Shown one piece after another: positions 1-13,526 of a stretch of DNA of 64,000 nucleotides. The stretch's first letter is position 1; every line of letters starts with the position of its first letter. The notes under the pieces were generated by a model. The model saw only the letters and a program-made list of their open reading frames with translations. It did no database searches and had not been told where the DNA came from. Both the position numbers and the translations under genes were made by a program. The stretch is taken from contig OZ024757.1 of the NCBI GenBank assembly GCA_964016885.1, positions 21,142,001 through 21,206,000 on the forward strand, given 5' to 3'. Source of the stretch: Eledone cirrhosa (lineage: Eukaryota).

Positions 1-170
1 AGGGTCGGACGTCATGCTTTCTAGCATAAAGTTACGGCCCTTGCCATTCTGAGTTCAAATTCCGCCAAGGTTAACTTTGCTTTTCATCCTTACGGGGTCG
101 ATAACATAAAGTACCAGTAATACACTGGGATAATTGCTGGCCTTGTGCCAAAAGTAGAAACAGTTATTTA
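1..170 (+). mobile_element. tRNA-derived SINE, Deu/Nin-domain type (family B), cut by the window edge
   Basis: B-box GAGTTCAAATTC, Deu/Nin-like TTTCATCCTTACGGGGTCGATAA..AAGTACCAG and the tail CCTTGTGCCAAAAGTAGAAACA; many copies in the window. Confidence 0.8.
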
Positions 171-228
171 TTGAGCCCCAATCTTCTAGCTTGGCATGTT
201 GGGATAGAACTGACAGTGTTTCCTCATC

Positions 229-1163
229 CTCTCTCCTCTGCCATAGGCTGTCTCTCCTCTGCCATACGCTGTCTCTCCTATGCCATGGGCTGTCTCTCCT
301 ATGCCATGGGCTGTCTCTCCTATGCCATAGGCTGTCTCTCCTATGCCATGGGCTGTCTCTCCTATGCCATGGGCTGTCTCTCCTATGCCATACGCTGTCT
401 CTCCTATGCCATACGCTGTCTCTCCTATGCCATGGGCTGTCTCTCCTATGCCATGGGCTGTCTCTCCTATGCCATGGGCTGTCTCTCCTATGCCATGGGC
501 TGTCTCTCCTATGCCATGGGCTGTCTCTCCTATGCCATAGGCTGTCTCTCCTATGCCATAGGCTGTCTCTCCTATGCCATGGGATGTCTCTCCTATGCCA
601 TGGGCTGTCTCTCCTATGCCATGGGCTGTCTCTCCTATGCCATGGGCTGTCTCTCCTATGCCATGGGCTGTCTCTCCTATGCCATGGGCTGTCTCTCCTA
701 TGCCATAGGCTGTCTCTCCTATGCCATGGGATGTCTCTCCTATGCCATGGGATGTCTCTCCTATGCCATGGGCTGTCTCTCCTATGCCATGGGCTGTCTC
801 TCCTATGCCATAGGCTGTCTCTCCTATGCCATGGGATGTCTCTCCTATGCCATGGGATGTCTCTCCTATGCCATGGGCTGTCTCTCCTATGCCATGGGCT
901 GTCTCTCCTATGCCATGGGCTGTCTCTCCTATGCCATGGGCTGTCTCTCCTATGCCATAGGCTGTCTCTCCTATGCCATAGGCTGTCTCTCCTATGCCAT
1001 AGGCTGTCTCTCCTATGCCATAGGCTGTCTCTCCTATGCCATGGGCTGTCTCTCCTATGCCATAGGCTGTCTCTCCTATGCCATAGGCTGTCTCTCCTAT
1101 GCCATGGGCTGTCTCTCCTATGCCATAGGCTGTCTCTCCTATGCCATACGCTGTCTCTCCTAT
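229..1163. repeat. 21-bp minisatellite (CTGTCTCTCCTATGCCATGGG)n, ~44 copies
   Basis: Direct tandem periodicity; explains the HRRDSPW-type ORFs. Confidence 0.97.
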
Positions 1164-1546
1164 ACATGTGGTTGTGTTTCTACATTGCCCCTATAAACTG
1201 TATTCCTAGGTTTGCAGTTTACTTGCAGGCTTAACAGTACAGTTTCTATCAATACAGGATTTTGTTTTAAAGGGTATGTCCCACTGACTAGGGATTTTAT
1301 GGGAGTTCTTGACTTTCCTACCATTTTAATTATCAAGTATGTATGTAAACACACCCACACATACATATATACATATATATATATATGCAAAAGGTAAACA
1401 GAAGCAAATGATAGTACAATGAAGAAATATATTAGTTTTACGTCGAATTCATCCTTCACCTCAATCACCTCTTCTTCATTCTCACCTCCACCAACTCTGC
1501 TTACCATATGATATATATACATACAGAGACAGTATTCCCCCACCCC

Positions 1547-1756
1547 CTGGTCGTGGAGGTGCCACGGCAAAAAAGCACCCAGCACTCACTGCAAATGCGG
1601 TTGGTGTTAGGAAGGGCATCCAGCTGTAGAAATCAAGCCAGAATCAGTTCCTGTATGAACAAGAAAGACATGGTCACCTGATCTGGCATTGCCCACAATA
1701 GGACAACCCATCTAACCCATGCTAGTGTGGAAGAGCGGATGTAATGATGATGATGA
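1547..1756 (+). mobile_element. 5'-truncated CORE-type SINE with the alternative (type 2) RTE-like tail
   Basis: GGTGCCACGGCAAAAAAGCACC...AGGAAGGGCATCCAGCTGTAGAAA, then CTAACCCATGCTAGTGTGGAAGAGCGGATGTAA(TGA)n. Confidence 0.7.
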
Positions 1757-2840
1757 TATATACACATATATATATGTAAACTGTTTGGAGGTTCATTGGA
1801 TCGACTGTACCTGTAATTCAATGGGTCAGTTTTGTCACACATTGTGTCATGCTGAATCTCCCTGAGAATTACATCAATGGCATATGTGTCAATGCAATAC
1901 TCAGCCACATACACAAATTTCATGAGGAGGATGCTTTGGTTGATCAAACAACTGGAACACTAATCGTAGAAACTGACTGAGGACCATCGAAATAAATATG
2001 TGTGAGATGAATAAAATGGAAAACATTAGTGGTTGGGTTCCTTCAAGAGAGGAATGTTAAGTGAAACGGGATGGATACATAACTGATAGGATTTTATATT
2101 AAAACAAAAAAAAACAAAAAAAAAAACAAAAACATTGAAACAAGAGACGAGGTTCAAAGAGGTGGGAACTGAGGAAGTTGAGGTGCGGGGGTGAATGGTG
2201 GCAAATTAAAAAAAGAAAACTTAAATTTTCCAATGTAATCCTCATCACCATTTTGTGTCTACTTTCCTACAATTATGATGATAGTTGATAATTATGTGTA
2301 TATATATATATGTATATATATATTGTAGTTATTTTTAACGCATAAGGGTTGCTACTGCTGGTTTCCAACTGTGCATGTGGCTTAGATTGTGCATCTGCAC
2401 ATCCACATGTATAGTTTTCGTTCAGTTGGCTTTGGAATATTTGGAGATGGTTATTTTGCCAGTTTTACCAATAAAAACACATGTACTATCTTAACTATAA
2501 TAAAGGATGGAGCGTGGGACTATGTCCAGAATATATTTTTTTATCCCATTAGTAAAATAAGTTGGATTACTTGTAATAAATAATTGTTTCTACTAAATTT
2601 CGTAACTCTTGATTAAATATAAATATTTTTATTGCTTATTTTAAGATTCACTTCTTAAAAATTTTTAAATGTCAACACTTCTGGTTAGCGCCCATTATAT
2701 TATAACATTTATTACATCACTTATATAAACATTCATATATTTCTGTCGCTAATTTTCTCCTAATGCAGTTTATATATAATATCTTTTTTTAATGTATCAT
2801 GGATTACTTTACTGATTATATAAGAAACTGTAACGCAGTA

Positions 2841-3092
2841 TTCGTTCAATTTCTGTACATATTGTCAATTAGTGATTTCATTTGATGTATCATATCTATA
2901 TGCATATCTATTTGCGTATAATATCAATATGCACACTACACACGCTAGCAGAAAAACCACCCGACCCGAAGGGTGGTTTTTCTGCTAGCGTGTGTAGTGT
3001 GCATATTGATATTATACGCAAATATATATGCATATAGATATGATACATCAAATGAAATCACTAATTGACAATATGTACAGAAATTGAATGAA
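2841..3092. repeat. Long near-perfect inverted repeat (~122-bp arms, 8-nt loop)
   Basis: 2841-2962 is the reverse complement of 2971-3092; centre GAAAAACCACCC-GACCCGAA-GGGTGGTTTTTC. Confidence 0.93.
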
Positions 3093-4024
3093 GTCTGCAT
3101 TACACTTTCTTCTGTAATCTTGACTATAACTGCCATCTTCATTCAAACAGAATAAGAGCAGAAAGAAGGGAAGATACAGGGAAGAAAAAAGAAAGTCATT
3201 GAGGAGGTCACAGAATGTGTGACAAAAGAACTTTGACAAAATAACCAATGACTAATGATAACAAAACTGAAGTGAAAGTCAAATGGTACATGTTTTTTTA
3301 TTGGTAAAAGAGTTCAAATGAGCATCTCCAAAGATAACATTATGGAAGAATTTTAGATCAATATAAACAGCTTTATATAATAGAACCAAAGTGGAAATTG
3401 GCAGAGTCATTAGAACATTGTATAGAATGCTTTGAGGTATTCATTTTGGTTCTCTGCTCTCTGAGTTCAAATCCAGCCGAGGTGAGCTTTGCCTTGCATT
3501 CATTCGGGGGTCAATAAAAAAAGTACCAGTCTAGAACTGGGGTTTAAATCTTTCTTAATATCCCTTTCTCACTTCTATTCTTTTCTGGAATATATCTGCT
3601 GTATCCTGAAGAGGGACGGACTTTGCCTTAGACATGGTATATGTCAATGTGGTGCTCCTAAAACTCCCTCCGAAGTTGCAGGACCATCCATCCAATCCAT
3701 CCATCCATACATCACAGAACTAGAGGTGAGTCCAGGTGGTTTCGAATCAAAAAAGGGTTAATACAAGCTGAATGGTAAAAATATAAAATAGAGTAACGAT
3801 AATTAAATGCAGATTTAACAAGTCAGTAGTTGATATTAACGGGGGGATGTTGTTTCTCTGCCATGATAGGACTAAGAATGTTAGCTAGAGCTGTACCGTA
3901 AAGCCCAATCAGGAACATCTATGTAAATATGCAAGCAGCTGATGGATGCTACAGATGGTTCCCTGCGCTTGCCTATTAATATGTGGGTGTACGTATGTGT
4001 TTACATTATACGCACACTTTAGAT

Positions 4025-4025
4025 A

Positions 4026-4079
<54 letters not shown>

Positions 4080-4380
4080 CACATGTATGTATGCGTGTAT
4101 ATATATATATATATAGAGAGAGAGACAGCGAGATATAAATATATATATTTGTATATGGATATATATATATATATATACGCACACACACATATATATATAT
4201 ATATATACATACATATATACGTATACACATATGTATACATATACACATATGTATACATATACACATATACATATATATATATATACATATACATATATAT
4301 ACATATACATATATATACATATACATATATACACATATATATATATATACATATATACATATATACACATATATATATAT

Positions 4381-4458
<78 letters not shown>

Positions 4459-5120
4459 ATATATATACATATATATATACATATACATATATACACATAT
4501 ATATATACACATATATACATATATATATATACACATATATATATCACCGTCTAACCCATGCTAGCGTGGAAGAATGGACGTAAAACGGTGATGATGATGA
4601 TGATATATACACATATATATATATATACACATATATATATACATATACATATATATATATATACATATACATATATACACACATATATATATACACACAT
4701 ATATATATACACATATACATACATATATATACCTATACACATATATATATATACATATACATATTTATATATACATATACATATTTATATATACATATAC
4801 ATATTTATATATACATATACACATATATATACATATTTATATATACATATACACATATATATACATATACACATATATATACATATATGTATACATATAC
4901 ACACATGTATACATATACAAACATGTATACAAATATACAAATATATATATACATATACACATATATATATACATATACACATATATATATACATATATGT
5001 ATACATATACACACATGTATACATATACACACATGTATGCAGACACATGTATACATATACACACATATATACAGATATACACGCATATATACATATATGT
5101 ATACATATACATATATATAC

Positions 5121-5151
<31 letters not shown>

Positions 5152-5252
5152 CATACATATATATACATACATACATACATACACACAGACACACTCACAT
5201 ACATATTTACACACACACACACTCACATACATATTTACACACACACACACAC
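4025..5252. repeat. Compound (TA)n/(CA)n microsatellite containing a short RTE-type tail at ~4546-4603
   Basis: Direct reading; CCGTCTAACCCATGCTAGCGTGGAAGAATGGACGTAAAACGG(TGA)n embedded. Confidence 0.92.
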
Positions 5253-5458
5253 ATCTCCTTATCCAGAAGTAGCTTTACAAGGATATTCCCCAGAACATCT
5301 CCAGGTTTATGTTCAACTACAAAAACTTTTTACAAATTATCCAATGTAAGATTGTAACAACTCCATCATGCCTCAAGTTCTCCATCATGCCTCAAGTTGA
5401 GCAAGCAAGCCTCTTACATTCTTAGACTGCATGTACAACTGTAGGTAACATTTTACAC

Positions 5459-5670
5459 ATCTGTAGAAATGAGATGATAGGGACTGGGGTCTATATCATT
5501 CCACTGCAAAGTGGTCGTGCAGGTGCCACGGCAAAAAAGCACCCAGCACTCACTGTAAATGAGGTTGGTGTTAGGAAGGGCATCCAGCTGTAGAAATCAA
5601 GCCAGAATCAGTTCCTGTCCCACCCTTGCAAGCAGGGAAAAAGCGGACGTAAAATGAAATGAAAATGAAA
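5459..5670 (+). mobile_element. 5'-truncated CORE-type SINE (family A)
   Basis: Matches the 3' two-thirds of the full copies, e.g. 34086-34427. Confidence 0.85.
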
Positions 5671-5684
5671 AATAGCATTATCCA

Positions 5685-6115
5685 ATTCTACTGGTCATGA
5701 ACCTTGGGTAAAGACCCAAACAAACACAATCAGGAATACAAGTGGTCGAAAAATAGGGTTCCTCCAAAGGGTGCTTGGGGTAACATTGCTCAATAGAATG
5801 CATAACACGGAGATCAGAGCGTCACTCTGAGTGGAGAGATCTCAACCCAGTACTATGGACATGTGGTTAGAATTAGAATGTCTTACTTAGGAATGAATTG
5901 CTGAACCGATTTTAAGGGCATAATAACCAACTGGCAGGAGACCCAGGGGTAGACTCCAAGCAAGATGTTTGGATAACATACATAAGCTCGGCTGGACTTG
6001 CTCGGAGACCCAGCCAGATCAATTGGAGATGGGTTACTTTTAACAGGACCCACTGGAAGGAGTGTTTGAGGACTCTGCCGCCACGACCCTCTTGGGAATA
6101 AGTGGGAGAAAAAGA
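5685..6115 (+). pseudogene. Degenerate RTE-clade LINE ORF C-terminus and 3' end
   Basis: Homologous to 26118-27070 (GHEPWV, YYGHVVR, GRRPRGR motifs; GACTCTGCC..ACGACC..GGAATAAGTGGG end) with stops and frameshifts. Confidence 0.75.
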
Positions 6116-6346
6116 AGTATTATCCAGTAACTAAACATATATATGAAGGAACATGTCACCAGGTGCTTCATCTTTCAAAGTGACTATAGTCACTTTGAAA
6201 GCCTTGGACCATGATATTGGCAAGCTGTGAATTAAAGGAGCCATACTTAAAACAAAATACAGAGAAACAAAACTAACATTGGCAGTATTTGAGCTGTAAA
6301 GGGTCGTAACTAACTGTATTTAGTCTGACATTCTGACAATTCACAA

Positions 6347-7510
6347 ATAATTGTTTCTACTTTTGGCACAAGGCCAGCAATTACCCAGTGCATTACTGGT
6401 ACTTTATTTTATCGACCCCCGTAAGGATGAAAGGCAAAGTTAACCTCGGCGGGATTTGAACTCAGACTGGAAAGGGACGTAACTATGCTGGAAAGCATGG
6501 CGTCCAACCCTCTACCGATACTGCCAATTCAAAATAATAGTTTCTGATTTTGGCACAAGGCCAACAATTTTGGGGGAAAGAGAAGGTTGATAAAATCCAC
6601 ACCAGTGGATTACTGGTACTTTATCTTATCGACCCTGTATGGATAAAATACAAACCTAACCTCAGTGGTGCTCTACCGATACTGCAAATTCCTTGCCCTC
6701 AATTCAAAAATAATTGTTTCTACTTTTGGCACAAGGCCAGCAATTACCCAGTGCATTACTGGTACTTTATTTTATTGACCCAGTAAGGATGAAAGGCAAA
6801 GTTAACCTTGGTGGGATTGGACAATGCTAATAATAATAATTGTTTCTACTTTTGGCACAAGGCCAGCAATTACCCAGTGCATTACTGGTACTTTATTTTA
6901 TCGACCCCGTAAGGATGAAAGGCAAAGTCAACCTCGGCGGGATTTGAACTCAGATCGTAAAGGGAAGTAACTATGCTGGAAAGCATGGCGTCCGACCCTC
7001 TACTAATACTGCCATACTCATTTTATGTCTGTTTTTTAATGCTAATAATGGCTCCTGTCTTAGGCAGAAGGCCAACTATTTCCTGGGTGGGGAAAGTCGA
7101 TTAAATCGACCCCAGTGTGATACTGGTACTTTATTTTATTGACCCAGTAAGGATGAAAGGCAAAGTTAACCTTGGTGGGATTGGACAATGCTAATAATAA
7201 TAAGTGTTTCTACTTTTGGCACAAGGCCAGCAATTACCCAGTGTATTACTGGTACTTTATTTTATCGACCCCGTAAGGATGAAAGGCAGTGTTAACCTCG
7301 GCGGGATTTGAACTCAGAGTGGCAAGGGTCGAAACTGTGTGTGTCAAAGCATGGCGTCCGACCCTCTACCGATTCTGCCAATCCACCGCCCTTATGCTAA
7401 TAATAATAATGGTTTCTGATTTAGACACAAGGCGAACAATTTTTGGGGGAAGTGTAAAGTTGATTAGACCAACCCCAGTACATAACTGGTACTTTACTTT
7501 ATTGATACCA
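6347..7510 (-). mobile_element. Tandem cluster of ~7 young and old Deu/Nin-type SINE copies and fragments
   Basis: Repeated TTGTTTCTACTTTTGGCACAAGGCCAGC...TTTATCGACCCCGTAAGGATGAAAGGC units, all in one orientation. Confidence 0.85.
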
Positions 7511-8159
7511 AATTCATAACGAGAAAGATAGTTACATTATTATTTTCAAAATGATTTGTAAATCAAATGAAGTGTCTTTCATAAGAAATATGGTATGGAA
7601 AGAGTTACTTTATCATAGCAAACATAGCAGACATTCTTTAGTATAAAGCAAAAAAAAATTCAGACCCTCCCCCAAAACAACAACATACAAACAAAAATAT
7701 GTCTGAGTAAATTTGTTCAAAATGGTATTTATGGTGTGTTTTAGTCTTCGTTAAACATATTTGGTTATTAAAAATGGATGAAAAAGTTTTATAGTAATGA
7801 TTTCATGAGAGATTTAGGAAGAATATAGTAGCTACATTCATGGCAGACAATTTAGGTGAGGCCAAAGATAAAATAACAAAATAAAAATCAAAGAAATAAG
7901 AATAAAATATTTAAAAAAAATAAGTTCAAAGATGATATTATGGACAGATATCGATAGAAAGATACAGGTTTAATATTTTGGGTATTGATTTTCTATATTA
8001 CACAGTATATAACACATGATCTTCATGTACACATAACACAGTGTATTTGTATATATATAAAATAAAAATGGCGTAGATATACAATGCAACAGGAGGAACA
8101 TAATGGTACACCTGATGATGTTGCAGATGTGCAACGAAAGAACTATATATATACAGAAT

Positions 8160-8657
8160 GGTACAGAGTGGTACAAGACAGTACAGGAAGGTACAGGACG
8201 GTACATGGTGGTACAGGACGGTACAGGACGGTACAGGGTGGTACAGGTTGGTACAGGGTGGTACAGGGCGGTACAGGAAGGTACAGGACAGTACTGGATG
8301 GTACAGGAGGGTACAAGACAGTACAGGGTGGTACAGGATGGTACACAGTGGCACAGGACGGTACAGGACGGTACAGGGTGGTACAGGGTGGTACAGGTTG
8401 GTACAGGTTGGTACAGGTTGGTACAGGGCGGTACTGGACGGTACAGGAAGGTACAGGACAGTACAGGAGGGTACAAGACAGTACAGGGTGGTACAGGATG
8501 GTACAGGAGGGTACAAGAGAGTACAGGGTGGTACAGGACGGTACAGGGTGGTACAGGACGGTACAGGGTGGTACAGGACGGTACAGGGTGGTACAGGACG
8601 GTACAGGGATGGTAGAGGACGATACAGGACAGTATCGGGTGGTACAGGGTGGTACAA
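8160..8657. repeat. 10-bp minisatellite (GGTACAGGNN)n
   Basis: Strict 10-bp phase visible in the sequence. Confidence 0.95.
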
Positions 8658-8769
8658 ATTGGCGTTTCTGTGTGTAAAAAACAAAAATATAAAACCAAAA
8701 AATATAAAATAATAATAATTAATAAATAAATAAATAAATGAACACCAAAATGAAAGGAATTTGACAGGT

Positions 8770-10075
8770 ATTTCTGTCAAGGTATGATATTATAATACAA
8801 TATAATATATTTCTGTCAAGGTATGATATAATATAATATAATATAATATTTCTGTCAAGGTATGACATTATAATACAATATAATATGTTTCTGTCAAGGT
8901 ATGATATTATAATATAAGATATATTTCTGTCAAGGTATCATATTATAATATAATATAATATAATATTACTGTCAAGGTATGATATTATAATATAATACAA
9001 TATAATATATTTCTGTCAAGGTATGATATTATAATACAATATAATATAATATGTTTCTGTCAAGGTATGATATTATAATATAATATAATATAATATTTCT
9101 GTCAAGGTATGACATTATAATACAATATAATATGTTTCTGTCAAGGTATGATATTATAATACAATATAATATATTTCTGTCAAGGTATGATATTATAATA
9201 TAATATATAATATTTCTGTCAAGGTATGATATTATAATACAATATAATATATAATATTTCTGTCAAGGTATGATATTATAATACAATATAATATAATATT
9301 ACTGTCAAGGTATGATATTATAATATAATATATAATATTTCTGTCAAGGTATGATATTATAATATAATATAATATATTTCTGTCAAGGTATGATATTATA
9401 ATACAATATAATATATTTCTGTCAAGGTATGATATTATAATATAATATAATATAATATAATATTACTGTCAAGGTATGATATTATAATACAATATAATAT
9501 ATTTCTGTCAAGGTATGAAGGTATGATATTATAATACAATATAATATATTTCTGTCAAGGTATGATATGATATTATAATATAATATAATATAATATTTCT
9601 GTCAAGGTATGATATTATAATATAATATATTTCTGTCAAGGTATTATAATATAATATAATATATTTCTGTCAAGGTATGATATTATAATACAATATAATA
9701 TATTTCTGTCAAGGTAGGATATTATAATATAATATAATATATTTCTGTCAAGGTATGATATTATAATACAATATAATATAATATATTTCTGTCAAGGTAT
9801 GATATTATAATATAATATAATATAATATAATATAATATTACTGTCAAGGTATGATATTATAATACAATATAATATATTTCTGTCAAGGTATGATATTATA
9901 ATATATAATATAATATATTTCTGTCAAGGTATGATATTATAATATACAATATAATATATTTCTGTCAAGGTATGATATGATATTATAATATAATATAATA
10001 GATTTCTGTCAAGGTATGATATTATAATATAATATAATATAATATAATTTATAATATTTCTGTTTGTCAAGGTAG
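8770..10075. repeat. Minisatellite with a constant TTTCTGTCAAGGTATGATATTATAAT core and a variable (AATAT)n linker
   Basis: About 30 copies of the core; linker length varies. Confidence 0.95.
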
Positions 10076-10639
10076 GATATATATTCTATTATTCATGATA
10101 ATATATTATATTGTATATTATACTGTTTATTACAATACAACATAATATAATATAATATACTATACTATGTTATAATATATAATATATTACAATAAATTAT
10201 ATTATAATATATTATATATTGGTTCAGGTAAGTAACTCTCAGGAGAATTTGACAGCAGAAGGTCTTCAGAGAAGAACCCCCCTCCCATACACACACACAC
10301 CTGAAGCAAGTGTTTCAGCCCTTAACTTTTATTATATTATTATATTAAAATGGTTTCTTATATATTATATTATTATATTATAATGTAATATAATAATATA
10401 ATATGTTATAATGCAATATTGTTACATAATATAATATAATATATTACAATATATTTTATAATATATTACAATATATTTTATAATATAATAATATGTAATA
10501 TATCATTAATATGATATACAATTTAATATATTATATATTGTAATAATATATTTATGATGTAAACTAGTATATAACATATAAAGTTCCCTGTCAACCTTAC
10601 TAAATTAATTAACAGTCATGCATGTATGTTTCCACTCAC

Positions 10640-10681
10640 CTGGGCCCGGTTTGCCAGATCTATATCCTCTGAGGTAGGCAT
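10640..10681 (-). CDS. Candidate first coding exon MPTSEDIDLANRAQ of an unidentified minus-strand gene
   Basis: ATG with an in-frame upstream stop, 14 codons, then a consensus CAG|GTGAGT donor (phase 0), in unique non-repeat sequence. Confidence 0.35.
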
Positions 10682-11204
10682 AGGGTTAAATTAAAAGAAC
10701 TAAGGGCAGATTTGGGGATAAAGTTGACTTAAATATATCCATGTAAGTTAGATTCGCAGTGAAGACTGAAAACTAACAGATCACACAAAACAATTCTACA
10801 GAGTGTGAGTAGAAAACTTTGGGAATTTTTGTTGTTGTTGTTGTCTCCCTTATATACTTCCCCCCTCTCTCTCTCTGCCTCTCTATGTAATTCTCTTAAA
10901 CTTCCCCAGAGAAGGTGGTGAGATTCAAATTAGAGGAAGGTATATAGATATATAGATGTATCTGGGGTGGGAGAAGGGTGTGTGTGGAGGTGGAGAAGGT
11001 AGATTCTCTAGAAGAAGAGTTAGAAAGAGAGATACTGAGAAGAACAGGAGGAGGGTGGTGGTAGAGAAGGGGTGGAGGAGGAGAAGGAGGGGAAAACGAG
11101 GTTGAGGCAGTGGGGAGAGGGTGGGACAGATGATAGTCATAGGTGAGTGAGAGAGAGAGTGAGAGAGAGAGAGACATACATACATATGCACAGACACATT
11201 CCCA

Positions 11205-11284
11205 TGTATGAGTGTATGTATTTATATATATATATATACACATGCACACACACACAAACACATGCTCACACACTTATATATGTA

Positions 11285-11320
<36 letters not shown>

Positions 11321-11442
11321 CTCATGTATATATATATATATATACTCATGTATATATATATATATATACACTCATGTATATATATATATATATACACTCG
11401 TGTATATATATACACTCATATATATGTATATATATATATACA

Positions 11443-11481
<39 letters not shown>

Positions 11482-11559
11482 TCATGTATATATATATATA
11501 TATACACTCATATATATGTATATATATATATACTCATATATATATATATATATACACAT

Positions 11560-11602
<43 letters not shown>

Positions 11603-11740
11603 TAAAATGTATGTATAAATATAAATACATATATACATATATAAAATGTAATGTATAAATATAAATATATATATATACATATATAAAATGTATGTATAAA
11701 TATAAATATATATATTATACATAGATTATATATATACACA
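11205..11740. repeat. Compound (TA)n/(CA)n microsatellite
   Basis: Direct reading. Confidence 0.95.
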
Positions 11741-12078
11741 CAAGTTTACAACCATCATCTGGAGCAGTACGGGGGGAGGGGGGGCTCTGAGGTAAAGAAA
11801 TTAAACTGAGGGACCTAAAAAGAATGGTAGAGAGATGGGGGTGGAGAAGGTAGGGGGGAGGGGGGTGTATGACTGTGTTGGGTGGGGACAGTAGAGAGAG
11901 GGCACGCAAAATAAATCAGGTTCTCTGCTTATTCTTTCTACCTACACCCTTAATGTCTCCCCCTCTCACACTCACTCTTTCTATCTACCTACCTAACCAC
12001 CTATCTACCTATCTACCTACCTATCTACCTATCTATCTGCCTATGTACCTACTTACCCCCTATTTGTTTATCCCTATC

Positions 12079-12109
<31 letters not shown>

Positions 12110-12111
<2 letters not shown>

Positions 12112-12412
12112 TTTACACGTTTTTATTGTACGTAAACTTCCCCCTTTGCATTTGTCCCCTTCTTTTGTGCCCCTGTGGCTAATAAAGAAACATATCTATC
12201 TATATATCTATATCTCTATTTATATATCTATCAATCTATAGATCTATATATCTACCTATTATCTATATCTATCTATCTATCTGCCCATTTGTATTTGTCC
12301 CCTTCTTTTGTGCCCTTGTGGCTAATAAAGAAATTTATCTATATATCTATCTATCTATCTACCTATTTGTATTTGTCCCCTTCTTTTGTGCCCCTGTGGC
12401 TAATAAAGAAAC
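12110..12412 (+). mobile_element. Three short 3' tails of a Tx1/L1-like LINE embedded in a (CTAT)n tract
   Basis: TTTGTCCCCTTCTTTTGTGCCCCTGTGGCTAATAAAGAAA repeated, with AATAAA, each followed by TATCTATC; clade assignment is inferred. Confidence 0.55.
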
Positions 12413-12587
12413 ATATCTATCTACCTATCTATCCATATATCTATCTATCTATCTATATATCTATCTATCTATCCATATATCTATCTATCTCTCCATATTT
12501 CTATCTATCTCTCCATATATCTATCTATCTATCCATATATCTATCTATCTCTCTATTCTATTTTTTTTCGCACATTTTTCTTTGTAT

Positions 12588-12634
<47 letters not shown>

Positions 12635-12671
12635 AACAAACATGTATCACAATAGCTGTATTGCAGCTTAC

Positions 12672-12695
12672 AAACCTTTTCTTTCTCAGCACCAT
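12672..12695 (-). CDS. Candidate alternative start exon MVLRKKRF (exon ~12672-12712)
   Basis: TTTCCAG acceptor at 12713-12719, AAAATGG start context, TTT|GTAAGC donor in phase 0. Confidence 0.25.
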
Positions 12696-13044
12696 TTTCA
12701 GGTTAACTTTGTCTGGAAACTTTCCAAATAGCAGACAAAACTACTAACACAACAGTGTCTGCTTATATACATGTGTGTGTGTCTGTACGGGTATGTGTAG
12801 GGGTATATATGTACATCTATATATATATATGTGTGTGTGTGTGTATATATCTAAGTGTAGATGTGCATGTGTGTGTGTCTATGTGTGTGTGTGTGTGTGT
12901 GCATGTTGTTCTAATTTCTTTTCTGTTGCTACTGAACTATCCATCCATCTATCTATTTATCAATCTATCTATCTATCTATCTATCTATATACCTGCTTCC
13001 TACCTACCTACCTACCTACCTACCCACCTACCTACCTACCTACC

Positions 13045-13303
13045 TGCCCGAGTGATTGGGCCTTCTCTGTATATAAACCTGTAGGTTGAAGAAGGGATCA
13101 CTTGCACAACACGCTCCTGAAGTTGAGGGTTGTTCTATCTACGGGGGTATAAAACAACCCATTTGTGGCACCTCCCCCATATTGGGGATTTCGATTGTTA
13201 TAATTGTCTGTTTCAATATTTTTACACGACTGTATGTAAAATCCCCGGCATGTGTCTTTGTATTGTCCCCTTTTCTTGTGCGCCCTTGTGGCTAATAAAG
13301 AAA
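13045..13303 (+). mobile_element. Longer 3' fragment of the same Tx1/L1-like family within a (CTAC)n tract
   Basis: ORF end ARVIGPSLYINL*, then a UTR and the same CCCTTGTGGCTAATAAAGAAA end; CTAC repeats on both sides. Confidence 0.5.
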
Positions 13304-13526
13304 TATATCTACCTACCTACCTACCTACCTATCTACCTATCTGTTTTGATATATGCTCATCACATCTGACTTGGGACTTAATTTCTTCATACCAATATAT
13401 ATATATTGATCTTGCTTCAAGACGGTTGCTTTTGATGGGACATTCTGAAAGGTGAGTCCAAAGACTCTGCCCCCACGACTTTCTCGGGACTAAGTGAGCA
13501 AAGAAGACATTTTTTTTTTCTTTTGC

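Noticed and set aside
55-1234. Long ORFs of 340-370 aa
   Set aside because: Open in several frames only because the 21-bp unit lacks stops
8770-10075. CRISPR-like constant repeat with variable spacers
   Set aside because: The spacers are only (AATAT)n length variants, there are no cas genes and the context is eukaryotic
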